From NCBI RefSeq assembly GCF_009914755.1, contig NC_060935.1: DNA of 64,000 nt; one strand, written 5' to 3'. The translations under genes and the position numbers were made by a program. The notes below the pieces were generated by a model. That model saw nothing but the letters and a program-made list of their open reading frames with translations, ran no database searches and was not told the DNA's origin. Origin of the DNA: the human T2T-CHM13v2.0 reference genome, Homo sapiens. Numbering within the stretch: the first letter of the stretch is position 1; every line of letters begins with the position of its first letter. Shown in pieces: positions 60,651 to 64,000 of this stretch.

Positions 60651-61589
60651 CAAACAGCAATTTTCAACATTTATGCTTTGCACCATTTGCTTTTCACAGT
60701 TGTTTTACTGCATTATCTTTTGCTATTATCTTGGCCACAAGTCCCTTCTGTATGAAGTTGATTTGCAATCGTGGGCAGAACAACCTAATGTAATTAACTA
60801 TCTGGCAAGTGTACAATGATCATTTCCACCTAAAAAAGATTCTCTCCTTGAATGAACACTCTCCAAATAAGGCACTGATTTCACTGCTTGTAAAACAGGG
60901 GATGAAATTTTAATTTAAAAAAAATTTTTTTTGGGTTGGAGGCTGGATGGGGGAGGCATGATTTCTCTGCTTTTTTTCATTTAGTTTAAACTCATCATCT
61001 TTGTGAGGTTTTTTATTGAAATAGTAATTACGGTACTTCAAAGTGACTTTTAAAAAATATCCAGAAGAGAAAAATGAAGCAACGTAATTGGAAAAAGGGT
61101 AGACATGAAGAGATGTGCAATTGGAATCAGCCAGATGAGAGTTATTACCTAATAATGAGGCTTTGCACTCCTATTACACTGCCTTTTGTATCTGAGCCTT
61201 TAAAAACCATGAGCTAATGAAGCTCTCTGCCTCCCCTGTGACTGAGGTCGTTGTTGTCACTGTCTGATGAATGGAGAAAATAAGGCACCAGGAACAGGTG
61301 AACTTGGCTTTTCTTCAGTTCAAGCCATTTATTAATGCCATGGTTTGGAATAAAATTCAGAAACCTCCACCCCAGGTTCTCCTGCTTATTTGTTTCCTTT
61401 TTCTAGAATGCCAAGGGTTCTTATTCCTTGCCCTGCACTATGAGGTCCCAAGGTGCAGAGCAAGTGCCACACAGCAGTGATAGGAGCTGTATTTACCAGC
61501 CCGTATCCAATGAGGCTCAATGGACCTAGCAGTCAGGGCCCAATCCTCTTATGGAAATGGGAAGGAGCAAAGGAGAGGGACAAAGCCAC

Positions 61590-61750
61590 GTGTAAAAGCC
61601 AATTGTTTAATATTCAGGAGTTTGCCAGCCAGTTGTTAAACCCATGGTAGCTTGAAATCAGTCATAGTAGGAGTGTTTACACCACAGGTATCATCAGACA
61701 CTACAAATCAGGGCTCCCCAATCACAAAGCACAGTCACCAGCATCCCACC
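61590..61750. mobile_element. MER63-like (hAT-Blackjack)
   Basis: gccagttgttaaacccatggtagcttgaaatc...gtttacaccac...ctacaaatcagggct...accagcatcccac. Confidence 0.7.
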
Positions 61751-62149
61751 GAGAGTGAGTAAAGAGAGCTGAGTGTTCCAGGGTGTCACATGAGTCCTCT
61801 AAAATGGTTTTGTATCCTTCATGAAAAGCAGTGTTTTGTAATCATTGAGCAGGTGATAATGAAATAGAGGGAGAGAGAAATGCCCTGGGAGTTTAGAAAG
61901 CTTTGGTTTATGCTGCAAGGGCCACTTAAATCTGAGGTTTGGACTACAATTAGGTGATTGTGGGAAAGTTGGTCATTGAAACCAAGAAGTGAGTCTTTCC
62001 TTTCCCTGGGTGTTTGGCCTTGTTTCTAGGTCCTCTTCTGTCTCCATTTAGTTCCCATTATTCAATCAGTAATTCATTCAGCAAGGTAGTGTTCATTTCT
62101 CCCTGAATAAGTACTTTTAAGTGGGAGGGCTGGGAGAAGAGGCCAAAAT

Positions 62150-62305
62150 AATAAGCTAACACTTAATCTAACACTTTGCACAGACAATTTCTTATGCCCT
62201 TATGATTATTAACCTATTTAATCCTCAAACAACCTAATTAGGTGAATATTATTATTATCCTTATTTTATAGATAAGGAAACTTAGGCTCAGAAAGATTAA
62301 TGTAA
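62150..62305 (-). mobile_element. MIR
   Basis: tttaatcctcaaacaacc...attttatagataaggaaacttaggctcagaaag. Confidence 0.8.
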
Positions 62306-62429
62306 TGTATCCCTAGGCTGGCAGTGCCTGGACAGGGCTTGTCTAATTAATATTTAAGCAATAACCTTCACATAGGCATCAGCCTGCTAACGAAGGCTAT
62401 TCTGACATCTCCGTCAGATTCTGTAGAAG

Positions 62430-62635
62430 AGGAACACTGAATTAGAGTTCTGAAGACCTGTGTTCTAGTATTTTTTTTTTCTTTTTGCTACTTCCTTTTG
62501 CTCCTACAGACTGACTGTGTTTTCTCATGCAAATGAAGATAATATCTGCTTTGTTTTCTTTATATGTTTTGGTGAGACCTGAAGAGACATGTGTGGAAAG
62601 GCATTTTGGTTAATGGTGAATTGTTTTGCAAATAT
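62430..62635 (+). mobile_element. MIR
   Basis: gaagacctgtgttctagt...tttctcatgcaaatgaagataatatctg. Confidence 0.6.
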
Positions 62636-63584
62636 AAAATCAACCCTATTTTCTTTCTACTTGAATCATGCCTGCATCCCTTTTCTCTTACCCTCCCCTT
62701 TTCCCAATGGTCTCCATCAATCTAAGAGATTAATTTCTATTCCAAAGAAGGTGATCTTTTAAGTCATTTCCTTAAAACTTGCTGAGATCCTTGAACTGAC
62801 ATGCTGTATTTTGTAGAAATGCTGACTTGTCATACTGATGTCCATATTTATGCCTAATTTTTGGGAGAGGTCTCAGATCCTCAGAGCAAATACTGACTCA
62901 TTACTTCTGCAGCTGTTTGGTTAGTGCACTCATACATGTGCACCCATGCACACATGCACATACACGCAGTGCCTTCATTTAAACTGATATGGGAAACGAG
63001 GGGATAGACATGACCAGCCATATGGAGAGTGACTCATGCGGCACTGATGGGAAAACTGCAAGTCATCACCTCCTCTGCTGCGCTGAGCTTGCCGCAGAGA
63101 GCAAGGTCACCTCAGCACATTCCATTGGTATCTACTGTGGCCCTGTCTCCCTCATTTCCTTTCTCTCCACCCACACACCCCTGCCTCCCTCTGCAGAGCA
63201 TCATAGACCTTATCCCTCATCTCTCCAACCTGCTTCCAAAGTCTAAGCATCCACTTGTCCCTGAAGGAGAGCCAGGTTTCCACACTATGCTGCCTGACCT
63301 GCCACTGTGGCCATTACCAGACCTCTCTACAGGAAATGTGCCCCTCCCCACACCCAGGGCAGGCTGAGTCAGCAGGGGAAGGATGGCTGGAGTGGCAGAA
63401 TCAGGTTCAGCAAGCACAACAGGCTTAGACCAGTGACAGCCTCACCTGGGCTCTTGGCTGTTGAGTTGTAGCCTTGGCTCTGCCTCTGATTTGACAAGTG
63501 ATATAGGCTTAAAGAAGCTATGCCCAAAAGATACTCTTTCCAAGTCTGCTGCAAAGAGGGACATGTTGATTAAGTTAACATTTC

Positions 63585-63780
63585 CCCAGCACTCACTAAG
63601 TGCCAGGCACTCTTCTAGATAATTTACAAGCCCTTATTTAATCTTCCCATCAACCCATAAGGTAACTACTCTTATGACTCCCATTTTACAGAGGAGAAAG
63701 CTGAAAAGCAGATAGGATAAGAAACTTGTTCAAGGTCACAGCTTTAGTAAAACTGAAGAGTTGGGATTTCTACATTCTCA
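63585..63780 (-). mobile_element. MIR
   Basis: gtgccaggcact...cccattttacagaggagaaagctga...aaggtcacagct. Confidence 0.82.
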
Positions 63781-63855
63781 AACACTTCTTCCTTCTACCT
63801 TTCAAAAATGACTTTTTACATTATTTTCTCTCCAGATGATAACTAGAGGGTAGAA

Positions 63856-64000
63856 TGTGGTAGGCAATTCCTAAGAGGACCCCATGATGTGCACCCCTTG
63901 GTGTTACTCTCTGTATAACTTTTCCCACTTCAGTGCAGGTAGAACCTATGATTTGCTTCTGGCAATAAAATATGGCAAATGTGATGAGATGTCATGACCA
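63856..64000 (+). mobile_element. MLT1E/F-like MaLR LTR, cut by window end
   Basis: tgtggtaggcaattcctaag...atttgcttctggcaataaaatatggcaaatgtgatg. Confidence 0.75.

Overview
Primate (very probably human) non-coding genomic DNA made mostly of transposable-element debris. I see no intact cellular protein-coding gene, CRISPR array, rRNA or tRNA. The left third holds two full-length LINE-1s placed head-to-head. The first is an L1PA7-type copy (minus, ~522-7314, 14-bp TSD) with an AluY inside. The second is an L1PA3-type copy (plus, ~14033-20068, 14-bp TSD). It has the 129-bp 5'UTR deletion and a disabled ORF1/ORF2, but an open 663-aa endonuclease-containing frame remains. The middle has ancient L1M/L2/L3/MIR fragments, MaLR/ERVL LTRs, MER DNA transposons, Alus and a processed 7SL pseudogene. 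43.3-54.0 kb is a nested stack: an old L1MB/MC host interrupted by an L1MA fragment, Tigger2, AluSp, L1MA3, MLT1A, a second L1MB and Alus. The few unique islands contain candidate regulatory elements and possible non-coding exons. I found no convincing novel biological system. The best leads are TE-architecture oddities and candidate enhancers or exons. All subfamily names come from recalled consensus sequences, not from an alignment, and boundaries of old repeats are approximate.
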